Below the pieces are notes generated by a model. The model saw nothing but the letters and a program-made list of their open reading frames with translations. It ran no database searches and was not told where the DNA came from. Positions 22,557-35,637 of a DNA stretch of 64,000 nucleotides are shown piece after piece (within the stretch, counting starts at the first letter, position 1; each line of letters opens with the position of its first letter). This DNA is from Chiloscyllium plagiosum (Eukaryota). The position numbers were made by a program, and so were the translations under genes. Location of the stretch: the NCBI RefSeq assembly GCF_004010195.1, contig NC_057751.1, positions 13,855,428 to 13,919,427 of the forward strand, given 5' to 3'.

Positions 22557-25500
22557 CGTTTATTCCACATGCAAATTACCCACTGTATGAAAAAGTTGTC
22601 TCTTGGGTCCCTTTTAAATTTTTCACCTCTCATCTTCAAAAGTATGCCCCCCCGGGGGGATCTAAGATGGCGGTGATCTGAGAAGATCACACTGCAGAGC
22701 TTCACATTGCAGCAGGAGCAGGACAGTCCTTTAACCCACCCAACCCAGGTCAACAGGATTTCTTGGGGCGTTAGAAAGATTGTGGAGCCCCAAGAAACAT
22801 TNNNNNNNNNNNNNNNNNNNNNNNNNNNNNNNNNNNNNNNNNNNNNNNNNNNNNNNNNNNNNNNNNNNNNNNNNNNNNNNNNNNNNNNNNNNNNNNNNNN
22901 NNNNNNNNNNNNNNNNNNNNNNNNNNNNNNNNNNNNNNNNNNNNNNNNNNNNNNNNNNNNNNNNNNNNNNNNNNNNNNNNNNNNNNNNNNNNNNNNNNNN
23001 NNNNNNNNNNNNNNNNNNNNNNNNNNNNNNNNNNNNNNNNNNNNNNNNNNNNNNNNNNNNNNNNNNNNNNNNNNNNNNNNNNNNNNNNNNNNNNNNNNNN
23101 NNNNNNNNNNNNNNNNNNNNNNNNNNNNNNNNNNNNNNNNNNNNNNNNNNNNNNNNNNNNNNNNNNNNNNNNNNNNNNNNNNNNNNNNNNNNNNNNNNNN
23201 NNNNNNNNNNNNNNNNNNNNNNNNNNNNNNNNNNNNNNNNNNNNNNNNNNNNNNNNNNNNNNNNNNNNNNNNNNNNNNNNNNNNNNNNNNNNNNNNNNNN
23301 NNNNNNNNNNNNNNNNNNNNNNNNNNNNNNNNNNNNNNNNNNNNNNNNNNNNNNNNNNNNNNNNNNNNNNNNNNNNNNNNNNNNNNNNNNNNNNNNNNNN
23401 NNNNNNNNNNNNNNNNNNNNNNNNNNNNNNNNNNNNNNNNNNNNNNNNNNNNNNNNNNNNNNNNNNNNNNNNNNNNNNNNNNNNNNNNNNNNNNNNNNNN
23501 NNNNNNNNNNNNNNNNNNNNNNNNNNNNNNNNNNNNNNNNNNNNNNNNNNNNNNNNNNNNNNNNNNNNNNNNNNNNNNNNNNNNNNNNNNNNNNNNNNNN
23601 NNNNNNNNNNNNNNNNNNNNNNNNNNNNNNNNNNNNNNNNNNNNNNNNNNNNNNNNNNNNNNNNNNNNNNNNNNNNNNNNNNNNNNNNNNNNNNNNNNNN
23701 NNNNNNNNNNNNNNNNNTGTAATTTGTATGACCAAGTGGATGATCTTGAAAACAGGGGCAGGAGAAAAAACATTCGGATCATCAATCTGCCTGAGGGTAA
23801 GGAGGGTGAGCGGCCTGCGGAATTTGTTGAAGATTGGCTTCCAAAATTCCTTGACTTGGAGACTGGCATGAGAGGATTGAAGATAGTGAGGGCTCACCAG
23901 GTCGAAGCATGGAGGTCGGGTCTGGGTCAATGCCCTTGTCCTTTCCTGGTGCGGTTCCATCATTACCGGGATAAGGAGAGAGTCATGGAGGCTTCCAGAC
24001 TCCAGGGGGAAGGATCCAAAGGCCCTAATTTATGAGGGGTCTAAGATCATGGTTTTTCAGGACTTTTCAGTGGCAGGGATCCAGAAACGAAAATCATATG
24101 ATGGTGTCAAGAGAAGATTGTAGGAGCTTGGGATTCAGTACACCTTGAGATATCCGGCAATGCTTCGGATCACCTTAGATGGATCCATGCATCTCTTTGA
24201 CACACCGTTGTTCCCCTTTTTTTTACCTCTATTGATAATAATTTGGTTCAAACTATGTCTGGCGGTGGTTAAGATGTACATTTTAAATTTCTAAGTTAGG
24301 ACATACCAAAGGATGGGTGGGGTATTTATTCCCCTTTTTTTTTATAAAAGAATGTTTTTTTATTCATATTGATATTCTATGGGGTGTTNNNNNNNNNNNN
24401 NNNNNNNNNNNNNNNNNNNNNNNNNNNNNNNNNNNNNNNNNNNNNNNNNNNNNNNNNNNNNNNNNNNNNNNNNNNNNNNNNNNNNNNNNNNNNNNNNNNN
24501 NNNNNNNNNNNNNNNNNNNNNNNNNNNNNNNNNNNNNNNNNNNNNNNNNNNNNNNNNNNNNNNNNNNNNNNNNNNNNNNNNNNNNNNNNNNNNNNNNNNN
24601 NNNNNNNNNNNNNNNNNNNNNNNNNNNNNNNNNNNNNNNNNNNNNNNNNNNNNNNNNNNNNNNNNNNNNNNNNNNNNNNNNNNNNNNNNNNNNNNNNNNN
24701 NNNNNNNNNNNNNNNNNNNNNNNNNNNNNNNNNNNNNNNNNNNNNNNNNNNNNNNNNNNNNNNNNNNNNNNNNNNNNNNNNNNNNNNNNNNNNNNNNNNN
24801 NNNNNNNNNNNNNNNNNNNNNNNNNNNNNNNNNNNNNNNNNNNNNNNNNNNNNNNNNNNNNNNNNNNNNNNNNNNNNNNNNNNNNNNNNNNNNNNNNNNN
24901 NNNNNNNNNNNNNNNNNNNNNNNNNNNNNNNNNNNNNNNNNNNNNNNNNNNNNNNNNNNNNNNNNNNNNNNNNNNNNNNNNNNNNNNNNNNNNNNNNNNN
25001 NNNNNNNNNNNNNNNNNNNNNNNNNNNNNNNNNNNNNNNNNNNNNNNNNNNNNNNNNNNNNNNNNNNNNNNNNCCAACCTACAGGTAGGGATTTCACGTT
25101 CTTCTCCAATCCGCATAGATGTCACACGAAGATTGATTTTTTTCTGACCCCTGCGGTAACCCTGGATCGGGTGGCATCCTGTACGATTGGTAATATTGCC
25201 ATCTCTGATCATGCTCCAGTGTACCTCATGGTTAAAATTAAGGATGTTACAGTGGATTCAAGGTACTGGCGAATGGACCCCTTTATTCTCATGGACAGCA
25301 AGTTTGTGGAGTATTTCTGTAGGGAATTTCGGGCATTCCTAGACATCAACATAGGCTCGGTTGATAGCTCATCTGTTCTCTGGGAAACTGCCAAAGCTTA
25401 TGCCAGAGGGTTAGTTATTTCATATTCCACAAGTAGGAAGAGGCAGAAATTTTTCAAAATTTTACACCTCTATATATGTTCATACATTCATATAGGAGGG

Positions 25501-26990
25501 TGGGTTGGGGAATTTCTTTTTATCATTTGGGTTTAGTTTTGTACTATTTTTGTACTGTTTTGAATTGCATTGTTTTGTATTTGTTGTAATATTTAGAAAT
25601 CTATTATTTCTTAATAAAAATATATTATAAAAAAAAATGCCCCCTTGTTTTAAATCTCTAATCCTATGGAAAAGACCTTAGCTGTTCATGTTACCTATGC
25701 CCTTCAGGATTCTATAAAACACTCCAAGGTCACCCCTCAATCTCCTGTGCGCCTGTGAAAAAAGTCCCAGCCAATCCAGCCTCTACTTGTGACTCAGATC
25801 CTCCAGTCCCAGCAACAGGCTTGGAAATCTTTTCTGAACCCTCTCCAATTTAATAACATACCTCTTGTAGCAGAGAGATCAGAACTGTGCAAAGTGCACC
25901 AAATGTGGCCTTACCAGTGTCCTGTACAACCTAAACATGACATCCCAACTGCTGTACTCAAAGGTCTGACCATTGATGGCAAGCGTGCTAAATGCGTTCC
26001 GAATCACGCGACCTACCTGTGACACACCTTTCAAAGAGCTATGTAACTGAACCCTGGGGGCTTTCTGATCAACAATACAACCCAGGGCCCTACTACTAAT
26101 TTTATAAGGAGAAAGTAAGGCCAGCAGATGATTTTGCCCGAAACATTGATTCTCCTGCTCCTCGGATGCCGCCTGACCTGCTGTGCTTTTCCAGCTCCAC
26201 ACTCTTGACATTAAGTCCTATCTTTGTTTGTTTTCCCAAAATTTAATACCATGCATTTATCCAAAGTAAACTTCTCAGCTCATTGGCCCAATTGATCAAG
26301 ATCCCTTTGTAACATTAGATAACATTTTTCCCTGTCCTCTGTGCCACCAATCTTGGTGTCCTCCACAAAATTACTAACTATGCCTCCTGTGTTTTCATCC
26401 AGATCATTTACATAAATGAGAAACAATAGCAAAACACAACTGGTCACAGGCCTCCCAGTCTGAAAATGAACCTTCCACCACCACAACCCTCTGTCTCCGA
26501 CCATCAAGCCACTTTTGTATTCAATTGGCAAGCTCTGCCTGAAACCCACATGATCAATCTTTACTCACCACTCTGCCATGAGGAACACTGTCAAAGGCTT
26601 TACTAAAGTCCATGTCGTCAATATCTGCCCTCTTCGATTTTTTTGGTCACATACTCAAAAAAACTCAATCAAATTTGTGAGGCACCATTTCCCATGCACA
26701 AAGCCACACTGACTGCCCCTAATCAGTCCTCACCTCTCCAAATGCATGGAATCCTATCGATCAGAATCCCCTCCAACAACTTCCCACCACCGAAGTCAGA
26801 CACACTGGCTTATTATTCCCAGGATTCTCCTTACTGCCTTTCCGAAACAAAGGCACAACATTAGCTTCCCTCCAGTCCTCCACAATGTCCTGGGATACTC
26901 TTAACCATTCTATCCACCTTTATGTTTTTTAAGACCTCCAGCACCTCCTCTTCTGTCAGGTGGATGCTAAATTTCTCTTGACTATATTCC
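22557..26990 (-). mobile_element. CR1/HER1 LINE (RT and 3' region) interrupted by an L1 and a PLE fragment (~26107-26210)
   Basis: Reads LLFLIYVNDLDE...NFVEDTKIGG, LQRDLDQLG and LYRTLVRPHL. The sequence is continuous across the L1 insertion. Confidence 0.85.
22654..25636 (+). mobile_element. L1 with complete 5' end and poly(A) but no RT domain (two assembly gaps inside)
   Basis: Starts GGGGGGATCTAAGATGGCGG. ORF1 reads LENRGRRKNIRIINLPEG. ORF2 EN end reads FTFFSNPHRCHTKIDFF, ISDHAPV, WRMDP and WETAKAYARG. AATAAA and an A tail follow. TSD ATGCCCCC at 22644-22651 and 25637-25644. Confidence 0.88.
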
Positions 26991-26994
26991 CAAT

Positions 26995-27740
26995 CTTAAA
27001 ATCTCTTTAACATACTGGTGTGGCACATTTGCAGAATTTGTTTTATCCTATCTGGAAAACCCCCTCCATAATTTCATCATGGAGTTTTTTCTTGATTTGG
27101 TTAAATCCAGTGAATGTTGCTTCTAATGGTTCAGCAGGAACAGGTCACAACCCTGTGCCCAACAAAAAAATTTCAAACTTGGACCTTTCTATCTGTAATA
27201 ATTCTCCTATTTTTAATGAAAACTCTTCAATTCCATTTTAGCCAGTTCGTATCCATTGGTCAGTTTCTCTCTAAAGCTCAAAGCACATATTAAAAACAAA
27301 ATCTGAGCTTTGATAGTAACAATAACATCTTTATCACAATCCTGGGAACATGTTGATTCATTTTCCTCGGGTTCCTTGAAATGGTATGTTATTCATTCTT
27401 TGCAAACATGTTATTCCCAAAATCTACATTATTCTTTGAATATTTGTTGCATATAATTTGTACCTTGATCTAATTACATTTCTTTGGGCAACTAAGAGGT
27501 TGCAAATACATCAAACTTTTCATTACCATTTTGGACGTTATTTTTCCAAAGGCACTGCTTCAGGAGATCTGGTTGAAACATGTATGATTGTTAAAAGACA
27601 TTGATTCCTGTTCCTGCTTTCAGGCAGGGCCCTGAATGGTCGATTAAGAACGAGTTAAATAGTTCTTCAAAGGTTGTGTAAAAAATTAAAGGTGCAGGTT
27701 TAATTGAGTGCTGGGTTTTCCTCACTTCCTAACATGTATG
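26995..27740 (-). mobile_element. Highly decayed Gypsy (Gmr1-like) integrase remnant
   Basis: Frameshifted motifs IKPAPL, NQCLLTIIHVSTRSPEAVPLEKITSKMVMKSL, DQGTNYMQQIFKE and PLEATFTG. Confidence 0.75.
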
Positions 27741-28099
27741 TATAAGATCATAGAATCATAGAAACATGACAGTGTGGAGGTAGGCCATTTGGCCCATTGC
27801 ATACACACCGATTCCCCTGAAGAGCATCCCACCCAGACCCAAAACCATCCCCTATCCCCTGTAACCCTGCAAGAATACAAGAATTAGCTTTGTTGTTACA
27901 TGAGAACGGTAAAACATTTACAAGTTGCCATCTTAGATCCTAAAGCCCTGTGTACAGATTTTCCACGAGAAATTCTTAGGAAAAGAATTTTTAAAATAAT
28001 GAAATGAAAAGTCCAGCAATAGATTAGAAAAACAGAGAAATTAGAGGTCAGAATAACAGTCCTTGCAACACAGACCGTGTTGGGCTTCTCCTTCATGGA

Positions 28100-28818
28100 T
28101 CGAGTCGATGCTGAGACCAGGAGTCTGAGTCCATGCTGAGGCCGGGAGTTCGAGTCCACACTGAGGCAGGGAGTGTGAGTCTGCACTGAGGCCAGGAGTC
28201 CGAGTCCACGCTGAGACCGGGAGTTCATGTCCACACTGAGGCCGGGAGTTCGAGTCCGCGCTGGGACTGGGAGTTCGCTTCCACGCTGAGGCTGGGAGTT
28301 TGCATCCATGCTGAGGCCGGGAGTCCGAATCCACGCTGAGGCCGGGAGTTCATGTCCACACTGAGGCCGGGAGTTCGAGTCCGCGCTGGGACTGGGAGTT
28401 CGCTTCCACGCTGAGGCTGGGAGTTTGCATCCATGCTGAGGCCGGGAGTCCGAATCCACGCTGAGGCCGGGAGTTCATGTCCACACTGAGGCCGGGAGTT
28501 CGAGTCCGCGCTGGGACTGGGAGTTCGCTTCCACGCTGAGGCTGGGAGTTTGCATCCATGCTGAGGCCGGGAGTCCGAATCCACGCTGAGGCCGGGAGTT
28601 CATGTCCACACTGAGGCCGGGAGTTCGAGTCCGCGCTGGGACTGGGAGTTCGCTTCCACGCTGAGGCTGGGAGTTTGCATCCATGCTGAGGCCGGGAGTC
28701 CGAATCCACGCTGAGGCCGGGAGTTCATGTCCACACTGAGGCCGGGAGTTCGAGTCCGCGCTGGGACTGGGAGTTCGCTTCCACGCTGAGGCTGGGAGTT
28801 TGCATCCATGCTGAGGCC
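28100..28818. repeat. 25-bp minisatellite organised as a 125-bp (5-monomer) higher-order repeat
   Basis: Monomers follow CTG(A/G)G(G/A)C(C/T)GGGAGT-N11 in a fixed cycle of five. The ORF track repeats at 125-bp offsets (28459, 28584, 28709). Confidence 0.97.
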
Positions 28819-30597
28819 AGGGCCTTTTTGCAGCAGACAAATTCAGAGCTAGCGACAATTTTGTAATCTACATTCAGAACATTGAATCAGCTGACTGTTG
28901 TCATACCTTTTCTTCACTGAATTTGACAGCAGTTCACAAGAAGGCAGAGGTTTCCAATAATTGGGGGTATCCGCATTAAATAAATAAAAAGTCATCAAGT
29001 TGTTTCAATAGGCTTTCGAGTATGAATGCAAAACTAACAAAGCAAATCCTTCCAGTTACGTTCTGATGAGGAGTCACATTCAAACAGGAACCTACTTATC
29101 ATCTCATCTCTTCGACGCTGATCAAGCAACCATCTACATCAATTATATGCTCTTCTTAAAACTTTCAAACACAAGGCTTATTGTGATTGTGATATTCAGA
29201 GGCAAAGTGGTTATTTGTAATAACACCACTCGGTCCATAAAATATCTTTGATGAAATGGCCAAGAAAGAAGAGCAAGTTTTGGCCAAAGTTTCTCTTTTG
29301 GTTCAATTATTCAGGTTTCTTTATACTGCTCTCATGAATATAAAACATCTACAAAAGCTTGCTTTGCTGGAACAGGCATGCAAACATTTATTTCCTGCCT
29401 GGCTTCAGTCTCAGTTTCCAGAGTATTATGTCCTTTATATCCCTTCACTCACAACTAATATCATTCTTCAAAGTTTTTCTTGAATATCAATTTTTCTTTG
29501 GTACATGCTATCAAAGCACAATCTTTTGCTATTGCAGAAATACATTGTGAACAAATTTCATATTTTTGGAACTCAACTTGACACTGCAGTTCATTGACAA
29601 AGAGGCCACATCACAATAACAGCACTAAGTCGTCGAGATGGAAACTGTGTTGACTTTTTTTTAAGCCACTTAAGTCAAATTGGGTCTTTATTCCCATCTC
29701 TCAATTCTGTTTCTGTAATTAGAGAATTGCTCATCCAAAATCAGTTTATGAACTCACATCAATGTTACCTCAAAAGGACATTCCAATCAGCCTTGAAGAA
29801 AAAATATTTAATACATATGCATACCCCAGAAATCTCCTGTGATGAATTTGTTTAAAGCTGATATATAGCCGTTTACTGATTACATAATTTATTTGTGGTT
29901 CAAAATGAAAGAAATATAACTTTGCTGCTTCAAATGTATGTGCAGCAAAAACTGTGGTGGCTGAAGAAGACAGCTCACGTTGCACCACTCGAGCAATTGA
30001 TGATAGAAAATAAAATTTGACCATGCCAGTGAATATAAAAATGACCAGGAACACTTGAATGATTAGCTCTCTCTCCTCCTTCAAGTCTTCCACTTCAGTG
30101 GGCGAGCAGCATTTACTCTAACCATTCAAAGGTCAGGCATTGCTTATTCTTGAACTTAATTAGTCTAAAACTGTTTACTTCTCCAATGATTTAACATTCT
30201 TCGCATCTACCCTCTGGTGGTCCAGCAGTTTATAATCCTACCCTCCAACAATCTAGAGTTTTGTATTTCTTTGCTCAAAAGGTCCAGTAATCTTGACACA
30301 AATCCTCCAGCCAGCCTGATTAGCTGTCAGACATTTCTGTCAGATATTCCAATTGATCTTACTGCCTATTGCTGACAATGTAAAATCCCAGTGTAAATAA
30401 TTAATTTTTTCCTTGTAATCCACCACTCAACCAATTATTTAATGCAACAATCACTGTCAGTTTCGGTAGTTTTCCTTTGAATTTATGCTTAAGGTATGTA
30501 TGATATTGAAAAAGACACACTTGCTTCCCATTCCAGGTTATGTTGAGTAAGTGGAGGCTGGCTTTTATCTAAAATGATTGACGTTTTGTAAATACGA

Positions 30598-31024
30598 CTG
30601 GAAAAATGTGGTGCTGGAAAAACACAGCAGGCCAGGCAGTATCCGAGGAGCAGGAGAATCGACGTTTCGGGCATAACCCCTTCTTCAGGACTGAGGAAAG
30701 TGTGTCCAGCAGGCTAAGATAAAAGGTAGGGAGGAGGGACTTGGGGGAGGGGCGTTGGAAATGNNNNNNNNNNNNNNNNNNNNNNNNNNNNNNNNNNNNN
30801 NNNNNNNNNNNNNNNNNNNNNNNNNNNNNNNNNNNNNNNNNNNACAAGGGATGAATGTAGATTTCTCCAGCTTCCTCATTTCCCCTCCCCCCACCTTATC
30901 TAGTCCCAACCCTCGGACTCAGCACCGCCTTCTTGACCTGCGATCTTCTTCCCGACCTCTCCGCCCCCACCCCCTCTTCAGCCTATCACCCTCATCTCCA
31001 GCATCTGCAGTCCTCACTTTCTCC
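30598..31024. mobile_element. PLE family A inverted fragment pair spanning a gap
   Basis: The left part is a minus-strand terminal repeat with a hammerhead. The right part is the plus-strand ORF end QGMNVDFSSF followed by CCAGCATCTGCAGTCCTCACTTTCTCC. Confidence 0.82.
30657..30692 (-). ncRNA. Minimal hammerhead ribozyme motif, core intact
   Basis: AGUC-CUGAAGA-A-GGG-GUUAUG-CCC-GAAA-CGUC-GAUU. AGUC/GAUU can form a 4-bp stem I. Confidence 0.72.
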
Positions 31025-31147
31025 GTTTTGTAAATATTCCAAGTACAAAATGAATACAATAATTTCAACTCTGCCGATCCAGTGTTAGGATTAATAAATC
31101 ATTTGGGGAGGTGTAAAGTAGTTAAATGCGGAGTGATATTTCATTAG

Positions 31148-31640
31148 GATGGCACCAGGGTCCCAGGTTCGATTCTAGCCTTGAGCGACTCTGTGTGGAG
31201 TTTGCATATTCTCCCCGCGTCTGCGTGGGTTTCCTCTGGGTGCTCTGGTTTCCTCCCACAGTCCAAAGATGTGCAGGTCAGGTGCATTGGCCACGCTAAA
31301 TTGCCCGTAGTGTTAGGTGCATTAGTGAGAGGGAAATGGGTCTGGGTGGGTTACTCTTTGGAAGGTTGGTGTGGACTTGCTGGGCTGTCGGGAATCTAAT
31401 CTAATCGCATACCAGAAAAACCATCCCAAATGCAACCCTGTTATAATTATGACTATCTCCACCGATAGTGTTAGGTGCATTAGTGAGAGGGAAATGGGTC
31501 TGGGTGGGTTACTCTTTGGAAGGTTAGTGTGGACTTGTTGGGCTGAAGGACCTGTTTCCACACTGTCGGAATCTAATCTAATCGCATACCAGAAAAACCA
31601 TCCCAAATGCAACCCTGTTATAATTATGACTATCTCCACC
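31148..31640 (+). mobile_element. HE1-type SINE with a tandem duplication of its 3' part plus flank
   Basis: B box and V core are present. The duplicated units are 31308-31463 and 31466-31640. Confidence 0.88.
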
Positions 31641-31744
31641 ACGTACATGGAGAATCCACTGATGACAAGCTGAGGCTGAGCCTTCGTCTTTCAGCACTGA
31701 CTTTCCACACTTGAGTCAGAGATGGTACAAACACAATTACTTAA

Positions 31745-32220
31745 CTCCCATTGCATTCCTTTCCTTGGCAACAATCTGAGATTAAGCCAGTCTGCTTTCA
31801 GTCTCGGTGTAACACTTGATGTTGAAATGAGGTTCCAATGTCAGATTTGTGCAATCTCCATGCCGTCCATTTTCACCCCACTATGTCATCAACTTCACCC
31901 TGCTGCTGAACCCTGAACCCTGGGCTTTGGTACCTTCAGAATGGACTATTCCAATACAGTTATCTACCTCCATCAACCTGAAATAATCCAAAAATCTGCC
32001 TTTTTACTCACACTAAATCCCATTCCCATCTCATTGCTGTACATGCTGTCTTAAATTGGCCCCTGGTCAAGCGACATTTTGTTATTTTCAAATCCCTCCA
32101 TGTCCTCAACCCTCGCCATCTCTGCAGTAGCCTCCAACTCCACAATTCTGTGACTGCACTTCTCTTATTCTGAACTCTTTACATTTTTAGTAACAATTGC
32201 GTTGATGGCTTCAGCTGTCT
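31745..32220 (+). mobile_element. Old L2-type LINE fragment
   Basis: Degenerate LGVTLD, RMDYSN and LEIIQKSA motifs plus TTTTCAAATCCCTCCATG. Similar decayed pieces lie at about 36700-37130 and 49200-49630 on the minus strand. Confidence 0.6.
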
Positions 32221-34600
32221 CTCTTTCTCTCTCTCTCTCTGTTGTTTATGGGACTGAACGGGTTAATAATGAGGACTGCAGCTTTGATAATGTCGTTGGG
32301 ACTTGTAAGCAGAACAGCTGAGGACCTCAGAGGAGTGAGACCTATTATCTGATCCTTCTCAAAATCTCTGTCACAAGATCTATCACATTAAGGTAACCGA
32401 TGACTAGCTGCAAACATGCAATAAGCTACACCATGTTAACAACAAAGAAGTTTTCTAGTTAGATCAGGAAGCGTTTTTTTTTGCTATAAGAACAAGCAGA
32501 CCCTGGAGTTTCATATCATGAAAGAATTTCTGGTCCAGAGCCAGAAACCATGGGCCCCCAGTACTGCTGCAGGCTCCCCTTCCCAGACCTGAGCAGAACA
32601 GGCTTGCTGGAGCACCTGGTCTCTTCTCCTGGGCCTTGAAGTACGAACCTCACCTGTTTTCTACCAAAACAAACCTATCCACTTAACTAAAACTAAACTA
32701 CAAACATATTGATTAGTACTGGCTTAAATTACATTCAAGTTACTTAAATTAGATAATGTCTTACTACTTTATTCTCTCTCACTCAGCACACCTCCAATGA
32801 TGCACCCATCTCTGGGAGTACCCCTACAGTACCCATATGGACTCAGAATAGTCTTATTTAACGAAGGTTATGGATAAGAATCATTGGACTCAGAACACTG
32901 GCCACTATAATGTAAAATGTAGCATTCGGTTCGAGAAGAGGGAACTGGGTCAGAAACAAATATGCTCACCTTAAACAAAGGTAATTACAAAGCAATGTGT
33001 CGCCCAGGTGTGTCCTGGGAAAGGCATTTTGAAGCAAAGATGTTTGAAGGACAATGGTAGAGGTTTAAGAAAATGCTTCATGGTTCACAGCAAAGGTATA
33101 CGGTGATGAGAACGAAGGAGTCGAGAATTCAAGACAATCATGGTTAATCAGGCAAGTTAAGGCTAACATCAAACTGAAGGAAAAAAACATACAATGTGGC
33201 AAAGATTAGTGGGAAGCCAGATGATCAGGAGAGTTATTTATCAAGTTTAATACTAATAATATCAACAATGTCTTCAAATATACACAAAGGAAGAGAGAGG
33301 CCAATGATAATATTGACCGTTTGGAGAATGAAAATAAAATAAAAATGAGACTGGGGAACCTACTCTGCTTTTCCATCTGGTGGTCCTATGGGAACATTAA
33401 AGCTGTTTCCCTGTCCACAGAAGCTGTCAGACCTGCTGAGTTTCTCCAGCATTTTCTGTTTTTATTTGACACAAGATTGTTCTTAAGAAAAACCTGAGAG
33501 TGCAACAGTGGAACTGCAACATCATGAGGAATCAGCCATCAGGAAGAGGGGAAAACGTTGGCAAACAAAATAAATGCTGGTCTTAACGGCTGTGCGAATC
33601 ATAGATAATGGAGTGTGCTGCAGCGTGGAGTTCTGAAATGGGGAATGATCAGAGTCAGACATTCCGTGAGCTGAAAGATGTTCACAACTCCACATCCACG
33701 GAAACAAAGGACATTTTTATATTGACTGATCATCTATCAAAGACGAAAAAGGCGACTGAGCATCAGTAAATTAGTCTTTGGTGGTGCCATTAAATAAATT
33801 GGCTTGACAAAATTGTTGAGAGGAAGGATCTTCAATTGGATGCTCATGTCTTCTCAACATCTAAGAAGACAAACAAACAGCTGTAATGTGTGCACATTTA
33901 TTTCTGATCGGGATTTACTGCCATTTGTGCAGCAATGTTAGGACTTACATGAAATACTCAGGCCAGGCTTGGCAAATTCATTCATCAACTGAGCAAGCTG
34001 TAAAAATTGAATCAATTGAGTTGAGGGTCCCTGCAAATCATCCTCCCAGACTGCTCTTATCAGCAGACATTACAAACCCATAACATCCTGAAATCAGCTG
34101 ACAGCTGCACTGATCTCTGTTAAAATGTTTTTTTTTCTCTTTTATATACAGGTGTAAGTCCTCTCACATAAATAACAATTTGTCAGGGTATGATTGTAAG
34201 GAACACTTAATCACTGTGGTGATGTTATGACAGACAAATAATGAGGGCTTGACTGGAGAACTTGCTGGCCAGCTATTACCTTGATCATTACTCACTTATC
34301 CATAGAGTCATGAAAAGCCTTGAATATTTCCTCTGACTGCATATGCCAAGGTGACTTTAAAAGGTAAAAATTTTCAGCAAGGTTATTGTCCTTGTTTGAG
34401 ATAGATTTAAATATATGTTTATTTTGAGTTGCAGTCGCCTCACTTTGCAGTCACATGGTCATCACTCACACCTCCCATTGGAACACACCACCATCCAAAC
34501 GTGGTAGCCAGCCGAGAGCAGTGTAATTTGTAAACGCAAGGCTGACGATGCACTGAAGGTGGTTTGAACTCTTGGCCAGCCAAATGACAGGATGCATGAC

Positions 34601-35221
34601 AGTTCCACTGGACCAGGCCAGACGCCCTCAAAACATTTCAAGAAAGTGGCCCGGATCCTAACTTTGCTCGTTGCCTTAATGTATTGCGGATATTCCAGGA
34701 GTGATTCTGCTGGGCAAACCACTTAGCTCTAAACAAAACAGAATTTACTTCCCATCTTACTGAATGGAACAGAAACAACAGAATACAGAATAACTTAACT
34801 TATCTGAACACCTAACAGATGATCCCAACTTAATGATGCTATCCCAAATAGTTGCATCAATCCCCATAAGCACCCCTTGGCACAAAAGGTAAAGTCAAAC
34901 CCAGAGTCTTACAGGGGAGAGATGTCAGAGAGAGAGAGAGGAGAATCAGTCTGGACCTGTTCTTTTGGGTCCAGCAGATTCCCAACTCTGCTGTGCTAAA
35001 ACCAAACCAAGCCAGAGAAAAGCTGAGCTGGGAGAACTGGCCGCTCCCCTTTCATTGTACAAATGTCTTTTTTTTTAATGTAAAAGCCGTTTGCCTTAGC
35101 TTTTATCAAACTGGTCATAAAACCCTTCAACTTAGACTTTTTGGAGTCTGTGTCCTTTACGCTCCCTCTGAAAATAAAACCAAGGACAACATAACCTTGT
35201 CAAAGGAGCAGCATCGTCACA
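34601..35221 (-). mobile_element. Solo LTR, same family as 41842-42500
   Basis: The reverse complement starts TGTGACGATGCTGCTCCTTTGACAAGG and is colinear with the other copy, including the (CT)n tract. Confidence 0.82.
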
Positions 35222-35637
35222 GTGCAAGCAATGGAAGTAAAGCCCCAGCCTCGCTTAATTACAATTGGCAAGCAATGGGTATCCAAAAGGACTTATTGAT
35301 GCAGCTTGTTTGATTGGGGCTCCTATCATGTTGAATGGTGTAATCATATAATTCTTGACAATACATAGAGGCATGCAACAAACGGAACTCTGGGATCTCA
35401 GAATAAAGAACATGTTGTTGCTTCTGAGGGTGACTTTGAAATTACCGTTTTCACATTTTCAAAAATCTTCAGTAGACAAAAGTTGGCTACTCAATTTGCT
35501 CAATTAAAGTTAGCAACTTCTGACTCCTGAGATGTAACTGTTTCTCCTTGTCCTGAGGATGTTTTGAGACAAAAGAAAAGGAAAATTTGTAATTGTGGTG
35601 AAAATGCAGATTATCATTCAGTGGCAAAAATAGGGAT

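Noticed and set aside
22346..25536. Long 240-507 aa ORFs in the track
   Set aside because: They are artefacts of reading through N gaps. Only the L1 ORF1 and ORF2 pieces are real.
28100..28818. CRISPR-like look (constant 14-nt block plus variable 11 nt) and long repetitive ORFs
   Set aside because: The variable parts recur in a fixed cycle, the unit is only 25 bp, there are no cas genes and the DNA is eukaryotic. The ORFs are by-products of the repeat.
28860..30480. AT-rich stretch considered as gag, transposase or an endogenous viral element
   Set aside because: I found no recognisable motifs in the frames I translated. A translated profile search is needed.
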